64,000 bases of DNA from Gemmatimonas sp. (lineage in GTDB: Bacteria; Gemmatimonadota; Gemmatimonadetes; Gemmatimonadales; Gemmatimonadaceae). Every line of letters begins with the position of its first letter. The first letter of the stretch is position 1. Where the stretch lies: NCBI GenBank assembly GCA_011390935.1, contig JAABRL010000005.1, forward strand, positions 27,915 to 91,914, read 5' to 3'. This document shows positions 43,226 through 53,549 of the stretch, piece by piece. Under the pieces are notes generated by a model. It did not search any database. It saw only the letters and a program-made list of their open reading frames with translations, and was not told the origin of the DNA. A program made the position numbers and the translations under genes.

Positions 43226-45055
43226 TCAGGCGCGATCGCGCTTCGCGTCGCGATTGGTGCGCTTGCGCTCGCTCGCGAGCAAGGCCCGCTTGCGGAGACG
43301 AATGCTGGTGGGCGTGACCTCGATGAGTTCGTCTTCTTCGATGTATTCCAGCGCACTCTCGAGCGTGAGCAAACGGGGCGGCTCGAGCACCATCGCGTCG
43401 TCAGCCGACTTGGAGCGCATGTTCGTGAGCTTCTTTTCCTTGGTGGGGTTCACGTCCATGTCCCCCGGACGCGCGTTCTCGCCAATGATCATGCCCTCGT
43501 ACACGGCGGCACCGGGCTCGATGAAGAGCACCGAGCGCTCCGAGAGACTCCACAACGCGAATGCCACCGCCACGCCGTTCTCCATGCTCACGAGCGTGCC
43601 GCGCAGGCGTCCGGCGAGCGGTCCCGCCCACGGCCCGTACTCGAGGAAGCGATGGTGCATGAGCCCCATGCCGCGCGTGTCGGTGAGGAACTCCGAGCGG
43701 TAGCCGAACAGACCGCGTGCGGGGATGCGATACTGCAGACGCACGAGCCCCTGCCCCGGATTCCGCATCTCGATCATTTCGGCCTTGCGAGGGCCGAGCT
43801 TCTCGAACACGGTGCCCATGTACTCCTCGGGCACGTCGATGGAGAGCTCCTCGTACGGCTCGAGCTTTTCGCCATTGTCGCCCAGGCGCGTGATCACGCG
43901 CGGCCGCGACACCTGAAACTCGAAACCTTCACGCCGCATGGTTTCCATGAGGATCGTGAGGTGCAGCTCGCCGCGTCCCGACACACTCCAGGTATCGGTG
44001 GAGTCGGTCTCGTCGACGCGCAGCGCCACGTTGCGCTCGAGCTCCTTGATAAGCCGCTCACGCACCTGACGCGAGGTGACGAACTTGCCGTCCTTGCCCG
44101 CGAAGGGTGAGTTGTTCACCAGAAAATCCACCGAGATGGTGGGCTCTTCGACGGTGATGCCTTCGAGGCGATCGGGGTGCGCCGGATCGGTGAGCGTATC
44201 ACCGATGTCCACCCCTTCGATACCGGAGAGGCAGACGATCTCTCCCGCGCCGGCGGACTGGATCTCCACACGATCGAGTCCCGAGAAACCGAAGAGCTTG
44301 ATGACGCGCGCCTGCTCGGGCTTCTTCGTGGTGTCCATGGAGTTCAGCAGCACCTGCTCGCCCACCTTCACCGTCCCGCGCTCGATGCGCCCGATGGCGA
44401 TGCGCCCCACGTAGCTCGAGTAGTCGATCGTGGACACCAGCATCTGGAACGGTGCCTCGCGATCGCTCGGCGGCTGCGGTACGATGCGCACGATCGTTTC
44501 GAACAGCGGCGTGAGATCCTGCAACGGCTGATCGAGATCCATGGTAGCTGTGCCGTCGCGCCCGGATCCGTACACCGTCACGAAATCAAGCTGCTGATCG
44601 TTGGCCTCGAGTTCGATGAACAGCGACAGGACCTCGTCGTGCACCCGATGCGGATCGGCGCCCGGACGATCGATCTTGTTGATCATCACGATGGGCGTGC
44701 GACCGAGCTCCAGTGCCTTGCGCAGCACGAAGCGCGTCTGCGGCATCGGGCCGTCGAACGCGTCGACCACCAGCAGCACGGCATCGACCATGCGCAGAAT
44801 GCGCTCGACCTCACCCCCGAAGTCCGCGTGACCCGGCGTGTCCACGATGTTGATCTTCGTGTCGCGCCACAGGACCGCCGTGTTCTTGGCGAGGATGGTG
44901 ATGCCCCGCTCTTTTTCGAGCGGGTTGGAGTCCATGACCCGCTCTTCGACGACCTGATTGTCGCGGAAGGCACCGGCTTGGCGGAGCATCTGGTCGACGA
45001 GGGTGGTCTTCCCGTGGTCGACGTGGGCGATGATGGCGATGTTGCGAATTTGCAT
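43226..45055 (-). CDS. typA: Translational GTPase TypA/BipA
   Basis: [28 protein letters not shown]...[13 protein letters not shown]...[17 protein letters not shown]. Trimmed from the 737-aa track ORF to the ATG at 45055. Confidence 0.95.
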   Translation of the reverse strand: MQIRNIAIIAHVDHGKTTLVDQMLRQAGAFRDNQVVEERVMDSNPLEKERGITILAKNTAVLWRDTKINIVDTPGHADFGGEVERILRMVDAVLLVVDAFDGPMPQTRFVLRKALELGRTPIVMINKIDRPGADPHRVHDEVLSLFIELEANDQQLDFVTVYGSGRDGTATMDLDQPLQDLTPLFETIVRIVPQPPSDREAPFQMLVSTIDYSSYVGRIAIGRIERGTVKVGEQVLLNSMDTTKKPEQARVIKLFGFSGLDRVEIQSAGAGEIVCLSGIEGVDIGDTLTDPAHPDRLEGITVEEPTISVDFLVNNSPFAGKDGKFVTSRQVRERLIKELERNVALRVDETDSTDTWSVSGRGELHLTILMETMRREGFEFQVSRPRVITRLGDNGEKLEPYEELSIDVPEEYMGTVFEKLGPRKAEMIEMRNPGQGLVRLQYRIPARGLFGYRSEFLTDTRGMGLMHHRFLEYGPWAGPLAGRLRGTLVSMENGVAVAFALWSLSERSVLFIEPGAAVYEGMIIGENARPGDMDVNPTKEKKLTNMRSKSADDAMVLEPPRLLTLESALEYIEEDELIEVTPTSIRLRKRALLASERKRTNRDAKRDRA

Positions 45056-45180
45056 AGCTTGAATTGATAAGCACTTCCGATGCCCAAAGGCAGGGGCCTC
45101 GTCGTCCGACATTCCCTGACTTGCCCTCCGCCGATCCGAATCGTACCGTAGCGAACCACTCGTCAACCCGGAGGATTCCG

Positions 45181-45375
45181 ATGCACGAGCAGGACAAGTC
45201 CGATGTACCCGCCCCGCGTTATCCGGTTGGCCGCGGCTACGGCCACGATCTGATGCGGGGAGGCGAAGTGTTCGGCGGATACGGCTACGCCGACCGACCA
45301 GAGTACGAACAGCGACGCGGCGACCTCGGTGCCCACCGCAGCGAGCCACCCCCACGCGAGCCGCTCGGCCCGTAG
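45181..45375 (+). CDS. Small Gly/Tyr/Arg-rich hypothetical protein (64 aa)
   Basis: ATG at 45181 preceded by GGAGGA at optimal spacing. No homology recognised. Confidence 0.35.
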   Translation: MHEQDKSDVPAPRYPVGRGYGHDLMRGGEVFGGYGYADRPEYEQRRGDLGAHRSEPPPREPLGP

Positions 45376-45482
45376 CCGAGCCCCCGACCGAGCGCCGTTG
45401 GCGCGCCGGCGTCATCGCCGGTCCTGCGACACTCCCCAACCGTCCCGTGGAATCGCCTGCGATCCTGCGGGGCGGTGTGCGT

Positions 45483-46187
45483 TCAGCTCCCCGATGCCGA
45501 CCGCAACACCCCAGCGGCGTCGCGCAGCAGCCCCAACGACGCCTTCAACACCAACGCACACACGGCGAGCGAGGCGATCGCGTCGGCGGCCAGAAAGCCG
45601 GTCTGCCGTATGATGAGCGCGGCCGCGATGGTACCGACGGAACCGAGCAGATCGCCCAGGACATGCAGGTAGGCGCCACGCGCATTCAGGTTGTCGCGCA
45701 CCGCCGGCCGCAGGATTGCCGCCGCCCCGAGATTGACCGCCAGCCCGACGACCGCGACGGCCAGCATCACCCCCGTGGCCACCGGCTCCGGCGCCTGCAG
45801 CCGCTGCACCGCCTCGACGGCGATCGCGACGCACACGATCAGCAGCACGACCGCGTTCACCGTCGCCGCCCACGCTTCGCGGCGACGGTGCACCGTGGCA
45901 CCGTCCCCAGCCCGACGCGCATTCCACCACGCCACGCTGAGCGCGAGCGCCAACGCGCCAGCGTCGGTGAGCATGTGGCCCGCGTCGGCGAGCAGGGCGA
46001 GCGAGTTGGCCACGATGCCGCCCGCGACCTCGGCGAACATGAAGCCGGCGGTGAGCACGAGTGCCCACGCCAGCCGCCGTGTGATGTCGGGTCGACCCTC
46101 GCGAGCCGCGTCGAGCGCCGCGTGATGCGTGCAGTCCGCGTGCTCATGCGCCGCCGGCGGCGCCGCGACGCGCTCCGTGACGCTCAT
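45483..46187 (-). CDS. Cation diffusion facilitator (CzcD/ZitB-like) transporter, membrane domain only
   Basis: FMFAEVAGGIVANSLALLADAGHMLTD (TM2 HxxxD-type site) and HVLGDLLGSVG (TM5 site). The protein ends about 20 aa after TM6, so the usual approximately 90-aa cytoplasmic domain is absent. ATGA overlap with the pdxA stop. Confidence 0.75.
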   Translation of the reverse strand: MSVTERVAAPPAAHEHADCTHHAALDAAREGRPDITRRLAWALVLTAGFMFAEVAGGIVANSLALLADAGHMLTDAGALALALSVAWWNARRAGDGATVHRRREAWAATVNAVVLLIVCVAIAVEAVQRLQAPEPVATGVMLAVAVVGLAVNLGAAAILRPAVRDNLNARGAYLHVLGDLLGSVGTIAAALIIRQTGFLAADAIASLAVCALVLKASLGLLRDAAGVLRSASGS

Positions 46188-47122
46188 CCGTGCGTGCCGC
46201 GACGCACCAACGTCGCCGCCAATCGGACCGCTTCGCGAAAACTGCCGTGGTCGGCCAGGTCGCGACCGGCAATGTCGATCGCCGTCCCGTGATCCGGGGA
46301 GGTGCGTGGGAATGGCAGGCCGAGCGTGATGTTCACACCGGCACCGAACGACGCGACCTTGATGGCCGTCATCCCGACATCGTGCGTCGGCGTAAGCACC
46401 GCATCGAACTCGCCGCGCAGTGCCCGCACGAACACGGTGTCGGCGGGGAGCGGGCCAATGAGTCCGGCCCGCTCTGCCGCCGGCGCGAGCAACCGATCGT
46501 CCTCGTCGCCGAATCGTCCGCCATCACCGGCGTGCGGATTCAAGGCACACAGTGCGAGGCGCGGCGACTTGATGCCGAACAGTTCCTGCAAGCCCGTGCG
46601 CGTGCGCTCGGCGGTGGCCACGATCAGATCGGCCGTCACCGCGTTCGACACGTCGCGCAAGGGGATGTGCGTGGTGATCAACACCACGCGCAGGCGGTCA
46701 CTCGCCAGCATCATGGTGGTGTCGCACCCCGTGAGCGCGCCGAGCATTTCAGTGTGCCCGGGCCACGGGTACCCGCCGTCGGCGAGCGCCCGTTTATCGA
46801 TGGGTGCGGTGACGATCCCGCCGACCTCACCGGCAAGGGCAAGGGCAACCGCGCGTTCGATCGCGAGCCCTGACAGCCGTCCCGCGAGCGCGCGATCGTG
46901 TCCGCGATCGCCGTTGGGCACCCAGTCCCCGATCACGTCATCGATGCGGGTCACCGTGCCGGCAGCGCCAACCACGCGCGCGTCCATATCGTCACCGCCG
47001 ACGAGCTCGCGCCACACCTTCGGCTTCACCGCCGCCGCGACGAGCTCGGGGCCAATGCCGCGCGGATCACCCACGGTGATGGCCAGTGCGCGGCGCGTCC
47101 GCGTGCGCGAGCCGCTCGCCAT
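46184..47122 (-). CDS. pdxA: 4-hydroxythreonine-4-phosphate dehydrogenase
   Basis: ALAITVGDPRGIGPELV, PWPGHTE, NPHAGDGG, TSPDHGTAIDIAG. Trimmed to the ATG at 47122. Confidence 0.9.
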   Translation of the reverse strand: MASGSRTRTRRALAITVGDPRGIGPELVAAAVKPKVWRELVGGDDMDARVVGAAGTVTRIDDVIGDWVPNGDRGHDRALAGRLSGLAIERAVALALAGEVGGIVTAPIDKRALADGGYPWPGHTEMLGALTGCDTTMMLASDRLRVVLITTHIPLRDVSNAVTADLIVATAERTRTGLQELFGIKSPRLALCALNPHAGDGGRFGDEDDRLLAPAAERAGLIGPLPADTVFVRALRGEFDAVLTPTHDVGMTAIKVASFGAGVNITLGLPFPRTSPDHGTAIDIAGRDLADHGSFREAVRLAATLVRRGTHG

Positions 47123-47144
47123 GATCAGAGTGCGGCGTCGCCCG

Positions 47145-48524
47145 TCAGATGCGAACCGACACGTACGTCTGTCGACGCAGCGTATCGAGGAGTCGGCGGA
47201 TGCTGTACGCCTGCTGCATCGATCGACGCAACGATTGGCGCGCTTCATCGACGGTCATCTTGCCAGCGGGGGACACGCGCGTGAGGCGCATCACCACAAA
47301 CTTCTCCGCGCCGGAGGCCTGGTCGGCGATGGCGAAGGGACCGACGATCGCTCCCTGCGGCTGTCCCTCGACCGCCTTCGCGTAGGGTTCCGGCAGCTCG
47401 GCGGAGGCGACCTCGGGGACAATGGCGTCTTCGCCGCTGCGCTCGTCGTGGAACAGCTGGCGCAGCGAATCGAACGGCACCCCGCGCTCCCACATCGCCC
47501 GGGCGCTGTCGGCGTCGGCGCGTGCGCGCTCGTAGTCGGCCGAATCGATCTCGGCGCGAATGAGGATGTGCCGTGCCTTCACTTCGGCCGGCTGCACACG
47601 ATCCACGCGAATGAGATGCCAGCCGAAGCGTGTTTCGACGGGTGGACTGACGATGTTGGGATTGAGCATGAACATGACGCGGTCGAACTCCGGCACCATG
47701 ATCCCGCGTCGGTTCCACCCCAGATCACCGCCCTGCTCCGCCGCGCCGTCCTGCGAAACCGCCCGCGCCACTTCTTCGAAATCCTGCGGCCGGTCGCTCA
47801 AGATGCGGAAGAGCGAGTCGATCGTGGCGCGTGCGCGCGCTTTCGACGCCTCGCCGGCAACAGTTGGCACGAGAATCTGCTGGAAGCCGATCGTGGCCGG
47901 ACGTTCCGGGAGGTTGTCCATCTGCCGTTCGAGCTCGGCGGTGACGTCTTTCTCATTCACGTTCACGGTGGTGAACTTGCCGTCGCGCTTGAGTCCTTCG
48001 ATGTAGCGGCTCTGCAGTCGGTCGCGGCGCAGCTGTTCCGACTGACGACGCTTGAACTCTTCGGGAGATCCGAAGCCGGCCTCAAGGAGCGCCGCGCGAA
48101 ACTCGGCATCGCTCGGGAAGTTGGCCCGAGCGCGTGAGACCTGCTCATCGGCCATGCCGTTGATATCGTCCTCGTCGATCACCAGCGTGGTGTCCAGCTC
48201 GGCGCGCTGTACGAGGACCTCCACGTCAATGAGCTGCTCGAGCAGCGACTTGAGCAGCTCGGCGCGTGCCGCGGAATCCGGGGGCACGGCGATCTGCTGG
48301 GCGACCGCCGCGGCTTCAATGTCGGAGACGAGAATCACCTTGGTGCCGACGACGGCCGCGATGCGATCGAGCGGCAGCGCCGACAAGGGCGCCGCGCTGG
48401 CGCGCTGCTGGATCGGATCCTGCGCCTGCGCGCGGACCGACGGGACCAGCAGCAGCGCCGCGAGCAGCGGCAGGAGATGTGCGGCGCGTGGCGCCGATCG
48501 AGCGGGAGAGAATGTCATGCGCAT
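47145..48524 (-). CDS. surA: SurA-like periplasmic chaperone / parvulin-type peptidyl-prolyl isomerase
   Basis: Signal peptide, an N-terminal SurA-like helical domain, and a parvulin domain (ARHILI...GGDLGW...VPEFD...FGWHLIRV). Lies upstream of pdxA, as in the classical surA-pdxA arrangement. Confidence 0.75.
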   Translation of the reverse strand: MRMTFSPARSAPRAAHLLPLLAALLLVPSVRAQAQDPIQQRASAAPLSALPLDRIAAVVGTKVILVSDIEAAAVAQQIAVPPDSAARAELLKSLLEQLIDVEVLVQRAELDTTLVIDEDDINGMADEQVSRARANFPSDAEFRAALLEAGFGSPEEFKRRQSEQLRRDRLQSRYIEGLKRDGKFTTVNVNEKDVTAELERQMDNLPERPATIGFQQILVPTVAGEASKARARATIDSLFRILSDRPQDFEEVARAVSQDGAAEQGGDLGWNRRGIMVPEFDRVMFMLNPNIVSPPVETRFGWHLIRVDRVQPAEVKARHILIRAEIDSADYERARADADSARAMWERGVPFDSLRQLFHDERSGEDAIVPEVASAELPEPYAKAVEGQPQGAIVGPFAIADQASGAEKFVVMRLTRVSPAGKMTVDEARQSLRRSMQQAYSIRRLLDTLRRQTYVSVRI

Positions 48525-48580
48525 ACTGGAAATCTACCCGATTGTGGGATCGCGGGTCCGGTCCGTGTCACGAACGACAG

Positions 48581-48609
48581 CAGGGACCGTCCAAAGTGGA
48601 CGGTCCCTG
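48581..48609 (-). other. Perfect 13-bp stem-loop between the two PPIase genes
   Basis: CAGGGACCGTCCA-aag-TGGACGGTCCCTG. No adjacent U tract on either strand. Confidence 0.4.
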
Positions 48610-48637
48610 CATTCGCACCGATCGGCGAGCGACTGGC

Positions 48638-50086
48638 TCAGGGAGTCGGCGGCGTGCCAGCGGGGGGCTCCATGGCGGGCGGCATTTCTGCCGGAGCACC
48701 ACCAGCCGGCGGGGCGCCGGCTGCACCACCGGTGCTGTCCGCAGCCGCGCGAATCTGACGCGCCTTCTCAACGGCGCGCTCGAGGCCCGCATCGTTGATG
48801 GCGAAGGTGTACTTGTTCTGCAGCGAGCGAGCGACCGGATAGGCCACGTCGGCGAACTGCACTTCGTTCTTCACCAGCTTGTCGAAGTAGCCTTCGATAC
48901 GTCGACCAGCGAGGGTCTCACGCTCCCCCGGCGTCTGTGCCGAGTCGGAGAGCGCCGTCGGCTCCACGCCCATCGTCGTCCAGGCCGACGTGAGGTTGTT
49001 GCGGAACGCGAGCCGCAGGTTGCCGAGCTCGTCGGCATCCACGTTGATCTTGGCGCTGTCCGCCTTGCGCAGCAGCAGTTCGTTGCGCACGATCTGGCGC
49101 ACGAACTGCTCGGCGATGCTGTCCGGCGCGCTCAGCAACTGCGGACGGATCTGCGACTGCGGCGGATAGGCCGCAATCCAGTCGGCCAAGCGGCCGGCGG
49201 TCAGCTTGCCACCCGCAAAATCGGCCACGGACGCCGAGCTGCTGCGCAGCCCGAGCGGATTGCGCGCCGCGTCCTTGGTGAGCGTGACGGCGTTCGCGCT
49301 GAGCTTCACCTGCGCGCCATTTTCCATGGTCGCCAGATAGGTGCTCTCGGCGGCGAACAGGTTGCGCTGCTCGGCCTGCTGCGCAACCTCGTTGCTGACT
49401 TCCGAGAAGGGCTTGCGATAGATGACATGGAAGCCGAAGCTCGTGCGGATCACCGGCGAGATTTCACCCGGATTGATCGCCAGCACGGCGGTTTCGAACT
49501 CGGGGACCATGGTGCCTGGCGTGAAGACGCCAAGGTCGCCGCCGCGATCGCCGGCACCCGGCTCATCGCTGCGCGCCGCGAGACGCACGAAGTTGCCCGG
49601 CGTGGCTTCGGCCCGAATGCCCTCCGCCTTCTTGCGAGCAGCCTCGACCGTTTCGGCGGGCGCATCCTGCCCAACCGTGACGAGGATGTGGCGCGCCGAC
49701 ATGAACTCGCCATCGTTGAAACGCTGTTCGTCCGACTTGGCGCTGCCGACGGTCCACGTCTTCGAGATGCTGTCGTACAGCACCTTGACGCGCATGTTGT
49801 CGATGGCCGACCACAGTCCCGCGTCCATGTCCTCATTGGCGGTCACCGTGTCACCACGCGCAGCGGCCACACCGGCGAGCTGGTAGTTCACCCACAGTTC
49901 AGCGACGCTGCGCGCCACTTCGACTTCGAGCGGGGCCTGCGAGGTGGCGATGATATCCGCGAGGCGATCGACGGGCAGCTCCTGGGAGCCGGCCTTGGCC
50001 GCCGTACCGACGCCACCACCGTCACACGCCACCACAAAAGCCGCAGCGAGGACACCCACAGCGGCGGGAACACGAGACAGCTTCAT
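48638..50086 (-). CDS. Parvulin-type PPIase lipoprotein (SurA/PrsA-like paralogue)
   Basis: MKLSRVPAAVGVLAAAFVVAC lipobox from the ATG at 50086 (GGAG upstream). Parvulin core ARHILV...GGDLGVF...VPEFE...FGFHVIYR. Confidence 0.8.
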   Translation of the reverse strand: MKLSRVPAAVGVLAAAFVVACDGGGVGTAAKAGSQELPVDRLADIIATSQAPLEVEVARSVAELWVNYQLAGVAAARGDTVTANEDMDAGLWSAIDNMRVKVLYDSISKTWTVGSAKSDEQRFNDGEFMSARHILVTVGQDAPAETVEAARKKAEGIRAEATPGNFVRLAARSDEPGAGDRGGDLGVFTPGTMVPEFETAVLAINPGEISPVIRTSFGFHVIYRKPFSEVSNEVAQQAEQRNLFAAESTYLATMENGAQVKLSANAVTLTKDAARNPLGLRSSSASVADFAGGKLTAGRLADWIAAYPPQSQIRPQLLSAPDSIAEQFVRQIVRNELLLRKADSAKINVDADELGNLRLAFRNNLTSAWTTMGVEPTALSDSAQTPGERETLAGRRIEGYFDKLVKNEVQFADVAYPVARSLQNKYTFAINDAGLERAVEKARQIRAAADSTGGAAGAPPAGGAPAEMPPAMEPPAGTPPTP

Positions 50087-50182
50087 AAGCGAAGACTCCA
50101 CAAGCCAATCGTTGGGCGGAGCGGTCTGCACAACCGGGCGGCCGCTCGCCAGTGAGGAAGGAACATCGAAAATCGTACGATC

Positions 50183-53100
50183 TCACACGGTCAGTGTACG
50201 CAACGCGCGCACCAGCCCGTCGAGCATCTCGGCGCCGCCAAGCCGGATCAGCTTGAGCGCCAACGGTGAGGTTCGTCGGACCTCGACCTGGAACTGGACC
50301 TCGTGAAAGGCCGCCGACAGCCCCTTGAGCCGTGGGACCGCGTCGGCGCGAAAGTTAACACGGGCATCGGACCCTCGCACAAGCACCCCGTCCACCCCAA
50401 GGACCGCGCCAAGGACGCGCAACAGGCCACTGGCGAAGAGGGCGTCGGCGGGCGCCGGCAGCGGGCCGAATCGGTCACGCACCTCGGTCCGCAGGTCGTC
50501 GACGGCGGCCGCCGTCCGACAGGCGGTCAGGCGCCGGTACACATCGAGCTTGGCGTCCTGCGCCGGGATGTAGTCGTCGGGCAGGTACGCCGGCTGGTCG
50601 AGCGACACATCGGCCGGCACGAACGGGCGCGCACCGTCGGCCTGCGACAGCTGACGCACCGTTTCATCGAGCAGGCGCAGATAGAGGTCGAAGCCCACCG
50701 AGTGCACGAACCCGGACTGCTCGGCCCCGAGCAGGTTGCCGGCGCCCCGCAGCTCCATGTCCTTGAGCGCGACCCGATAGCCGGAGCCCAGCTCGGTGTG
50801 GTGCTCCAGCACCTGCAGACGGCGCTCGGCGTCCTCGTCCATCTGGTCGGGCGCAATGAGATAGCAGTAGGCACGTCGGTGCGACCGCCCGACGCGGCCG
50901 CGCAGCTGATAGAGCTGGGCGAGGCCGAAGTGGTCGGCCCGGTTCACGAACATGGTGTTCGCGTTGGGCACATCGAGCCCGCTTTCGACGATCAGCGTGG
51001 ACACGAGCAGGTCCACGTCGCCCTCCACGAACCGCTTCATCACGGCTTCGAGTTCGCGTTCCTTCATCTGCCCGTGCCCCACGGCAATGCGCGCGCGCGG
51101 CACCAGCCGCTGCAGGTGATCGGCAATCGCCTGAATCGTCTCGATGCGGTTGTGCACGAAGAACACCTGACCGCCGCGGTCGAGCTCGCGCGAGATGCCC
51201 TCCTCGAGCAGGCCGTCGTCCCACGGCTCCACGAAGGTGAGCACGGGAGAGCGGTCGCGCGGCGGCGTCTGCATGAGCGTCATGTCGCGCAGGCCGGCCA
51301 GCGACTGGTGCAGCGTGCGCGGAATGGGCGTGGCGGTCAGCGTGAGCACATCGGTTTCGAGCTTCAGCTGCTTGAGCCGTTCCTTGTGCTTGACGCCGAA
51401 GCGGTGTTCTTCGTCCACCACAATGAGGCCCAGCTGCTTGAACGCCACATCGGGGCTGAGCAGCCGATGCGTGCCGATGACGATGTCGATCTTGCCGTTG
51501 TTGAGCTCTTCGACCACCGCCGCCTGCTGCTTCGGCGTCTGGAAGCGCGACATCACCTCGACGCGCACGGGGAAGTCGGCGAGCCGCTCACCGAAGCTGC
51601 GTCCGTGCTGCTCGGCGAGAATCGTGGTGGGCACGAGCACCGCCACCTGCCGCCCACTCTGCACGGCCTTGAAGGCGGCGCGAATGGCGATCTCGGTTTT
51701 GCCATACCCCACGTCACCCACGAGCAGGCGATCCATGGGGCGTGTGCCTTCCATGTCCTGCTTCACGTCGTTGGTGGCCTTGCGCTGATCGGGCGTGTCT
51801 TCGAACAGGAACGAGCTTTCGAGCTGGCGCTGCCACGGGCCGTCGGCGGCGTGCGCCGGACGCGCGGCCACCTTGCGACGCGCGTAGAGCTCGAGCAGCT
51901 CCTGCGTCATTTCGAGAATGGCCGTGCGCGTCTTGTCACGCTGCTGCGCCCACTTCTTGCCACCCAGCTTGTGCAGACGCGGCGGTGGCATATCGCCGCC
52001 GACGTCGCCGGCCGCCCGATACCGTTCGATCTGGTCGACCCGGTACAGCGGCACGTTCAGTCGATCGCCGCCTTCGTACTCGATGACGGCGGCTTCGATG
52101 GTCTGCTCGCGGAAGAACACGCGCTCGATGCCACGGTAGATGCCGATGCCGTGTTCGAGGTGCACCACGTAATCGCCGGGCTTGAGTGCGCCGATCGTAT
52201 CGAGCGCGGCGCCGGTACCATAGCGGCGCGCGCGGCGCAGGCGTCGATCCCGGCGGAAGATCTCGTGATCGGTGAGCACGCGCAGCTTGCCGGGCACCAC
52301 GAAGCCGCCGTCGAGCACGCCGATCGTGAGTGCGGCGGCCACCGGTCCGTCTTCGCCCAGCAGCTCGTCGAGCCGCTCCGCCTGGCCCGAGTTGTCGCAC
52401 AAAATGACGGTGGGCGGATCCGTGCGAGTCAGCCGACGCAGTACGCGCAGATCGCGCGAAATCGACTCCGGCGCGGTGATGGCGAAGGTGATATCGGGGT
52501 TGGCCACCGAAACGTCCGCGGCGGCCGCGCGCGGCTCCTCGTCCCGCAGGCGTCGTTGACCACGCGTGGCCAGGGAGCCCGCGGTGGGGAGCAGCTTGAA
52601 GGTGGCCAGTCGCGAGAGCGCCGTGGTGATCTCCGCCGGGCTGCGAAAGAGCGCATCCCGCGGCGGGGCCTCTTCACCGCGTCGCCGCGCAAGATCGATG
52701 TGATGCGCGCTCTCGTCCCATGTGCGCTGCAGCTCCGGCCACACGCTGCTGCCGGCCGGCACCACGATGAACGTGTCGGGGGTGAGCAGCTCGGGGAGCG
52801 AGGTGCGCTCGCTGCCGCCTGCCGACTCCTGCACGCGGCCGTCGACGGGCAGAATGAGCGCCAGCTCGGCAGGACGCGTGGTGCGCTGCGAGTTCAGATC
52901 GAAGTGACGGAGCTCGATGATCTCATCGCCCCAGAACTCGAGGCGCACCGGATCGGCCATACCGAAGCTGTACACATCGAAGATGCCGCCGCGCACGGAG
53001 AACTGCGCCACATCTTCGACCATTGGCACGCGCTCGAACCCGATCGACTCGAGATGCGTCGCCAGGTCTTCGGGGCGACGCACATCGCCCTTGCGGATTT

Positions 53101-53524
53101 CGAGGCGCGCGCCGCGCAGCGCGCTGGGCAGTGAGGTGCGTTCGAGCAGCGCCCGGGAGGTCGTGAGCAGCACACGCACCGCGCCGCGACCGAGCCGCTC
53201 GAGCGTTTCCACGCGCTCACCGGCGACCTCGGCGTGCGGCTCGACCTCGCCGAATCCTTCCCGCGGCGGATAGAGTGCGACCGGCACGTCATCGAGCAGC
53301 GTCTCGAGATCGGCCAGCCACCGTTCGGCGTCCGAGAGCTGATCGGCCACGACGACAAACAGCCGATGCGGGAGCTCCCGCGCCAGCGCGGCCACGTACA
53401 CGGCGTCCGACGAGCCGGCGAGTCCCGCGACGCGCAGTGTCGCGCCCGAGGTCGGCAACGCCGAGCGGGTATCGATGAAGCCGGGCAGTCCGGCGACGAC
53501 ATCAAGCAGTCTGGGCAATCCCAT
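50183..53524 (-). CDS. mfd: Transcription-repair coupling factor
   Basis: 1113 aa. UvrB-homology N-terminus, CarD-like RNAP-interacting domain (GDYVVHLEHGIGIY), superfamily-2 helicase motifs (GDVGYGKTE, DEEHRFG, QLRGRVGR) and a TRCF C-terminal domain. Confidence 0.95.
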   Translation of the reverse strand: MGLPRLLDVVAGLPGFIDTRSALPTSGATLRVAGLAGSSDAVYVAALARELPHRLFVVVADQLSDAERWLADLETLLDDVPVALYPPREGFGEVEPHAEVAGERVETLERLGRGAVRVLLTTSRALLERTSLPSALRGARLEIRKGDVRRPEDLATHLESIGFERVPMVEDVAQFSVRGGIFDVYSFGMADPVRLEFWGDEIIELRHFDLNSQRTTRPAELALILPVDGRVQESAGGSERTSLPELLTPDTFIVVPAGSSVWPELQRTWDESAHHIDLARRRGEEAPPRDALFRSPAEITTALSRLATFKLLPTAGSLATRGQRRLRDEEPRAAAADVSVANPDITFAITAPESISRDLRVLRRLTRTDPPTVILCDNSGQAERLDELLGEDGPVAAALTIGVLDGGFVVPGKLRVLTDHEIFRRDRRLRRARRYGTGAALDTIGALKPGDYVVHLEHGIGIYRGIERVFFREQTIEAAVIEYEGGDRLNVPLYRVDQIERYRAAGDVGGDMPPPRLHKLGGKKWAQQRDKTRTAILEMTQELLELYARRKVAARPAHAADGPWQRQLESSFLFEDTPDQRKATNDVKQDMEGTRPMDRLLVGDVGYGKTEIAIRAAFKAVQSGRQVAVLVPTTILAEQHGRSFGERLADFPVRVEVMSRFQTPKQQAAVVEELNNGKIDIVIGTHRLLSPDVAFKQLGLIVVDEEHRFGVKHKERLKQLKLETDVLTLTATPIPRTLHQSLAGLRDMTLMQTPPRDRSPVLTFVEPWDDGLLEEGISRELDRGGQVFFVHNRIETIQAIADHLQRLVPRARIAVGHGQMKERELEAVMKRFVEGDVDLLVSTLIVESGLDVPNANTMFVNRADHFGLAQLYQLRGRVGRSHRRAYCYLIAPDQMDEDAERRLQVLEHHTELGSGYRVALKDMELRGAGNLLGAEQSGFVHSVGFDLYLRLLDETVRQLSQADGARPFVPADVSLDQPAYLPDDYIPAQDAKLDVYRRLTACRTAAAVDDLRTEVRDRFGPLPAPADALFASGLLRVLGAVLGVDGVLVRGSDARVNFRADAVPRLKGLSAAFHEVQFQVEVRRTSPLALKLIRLGGAEMLDGLVRALRTLTV

Positions 53525-53549
53525 CAGCGCGCGCCCCTCTCCCGCACCA

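Noticed and set aside
43226-45439. N-terminal extensions in the ORF track (for example typA as 737 aa, infA as 92 aa, DUF58 as 427 aa, KAS III-like as 428 aa, pdxA as 354 aa).
   Set aside because: The extensions are Arg-rich and overlap upstream genes or promoters. Conserved N-termini begin at internal ATGs that often form ATGA overlaps with the preceding stop, so I trimmed the starts accordingly.
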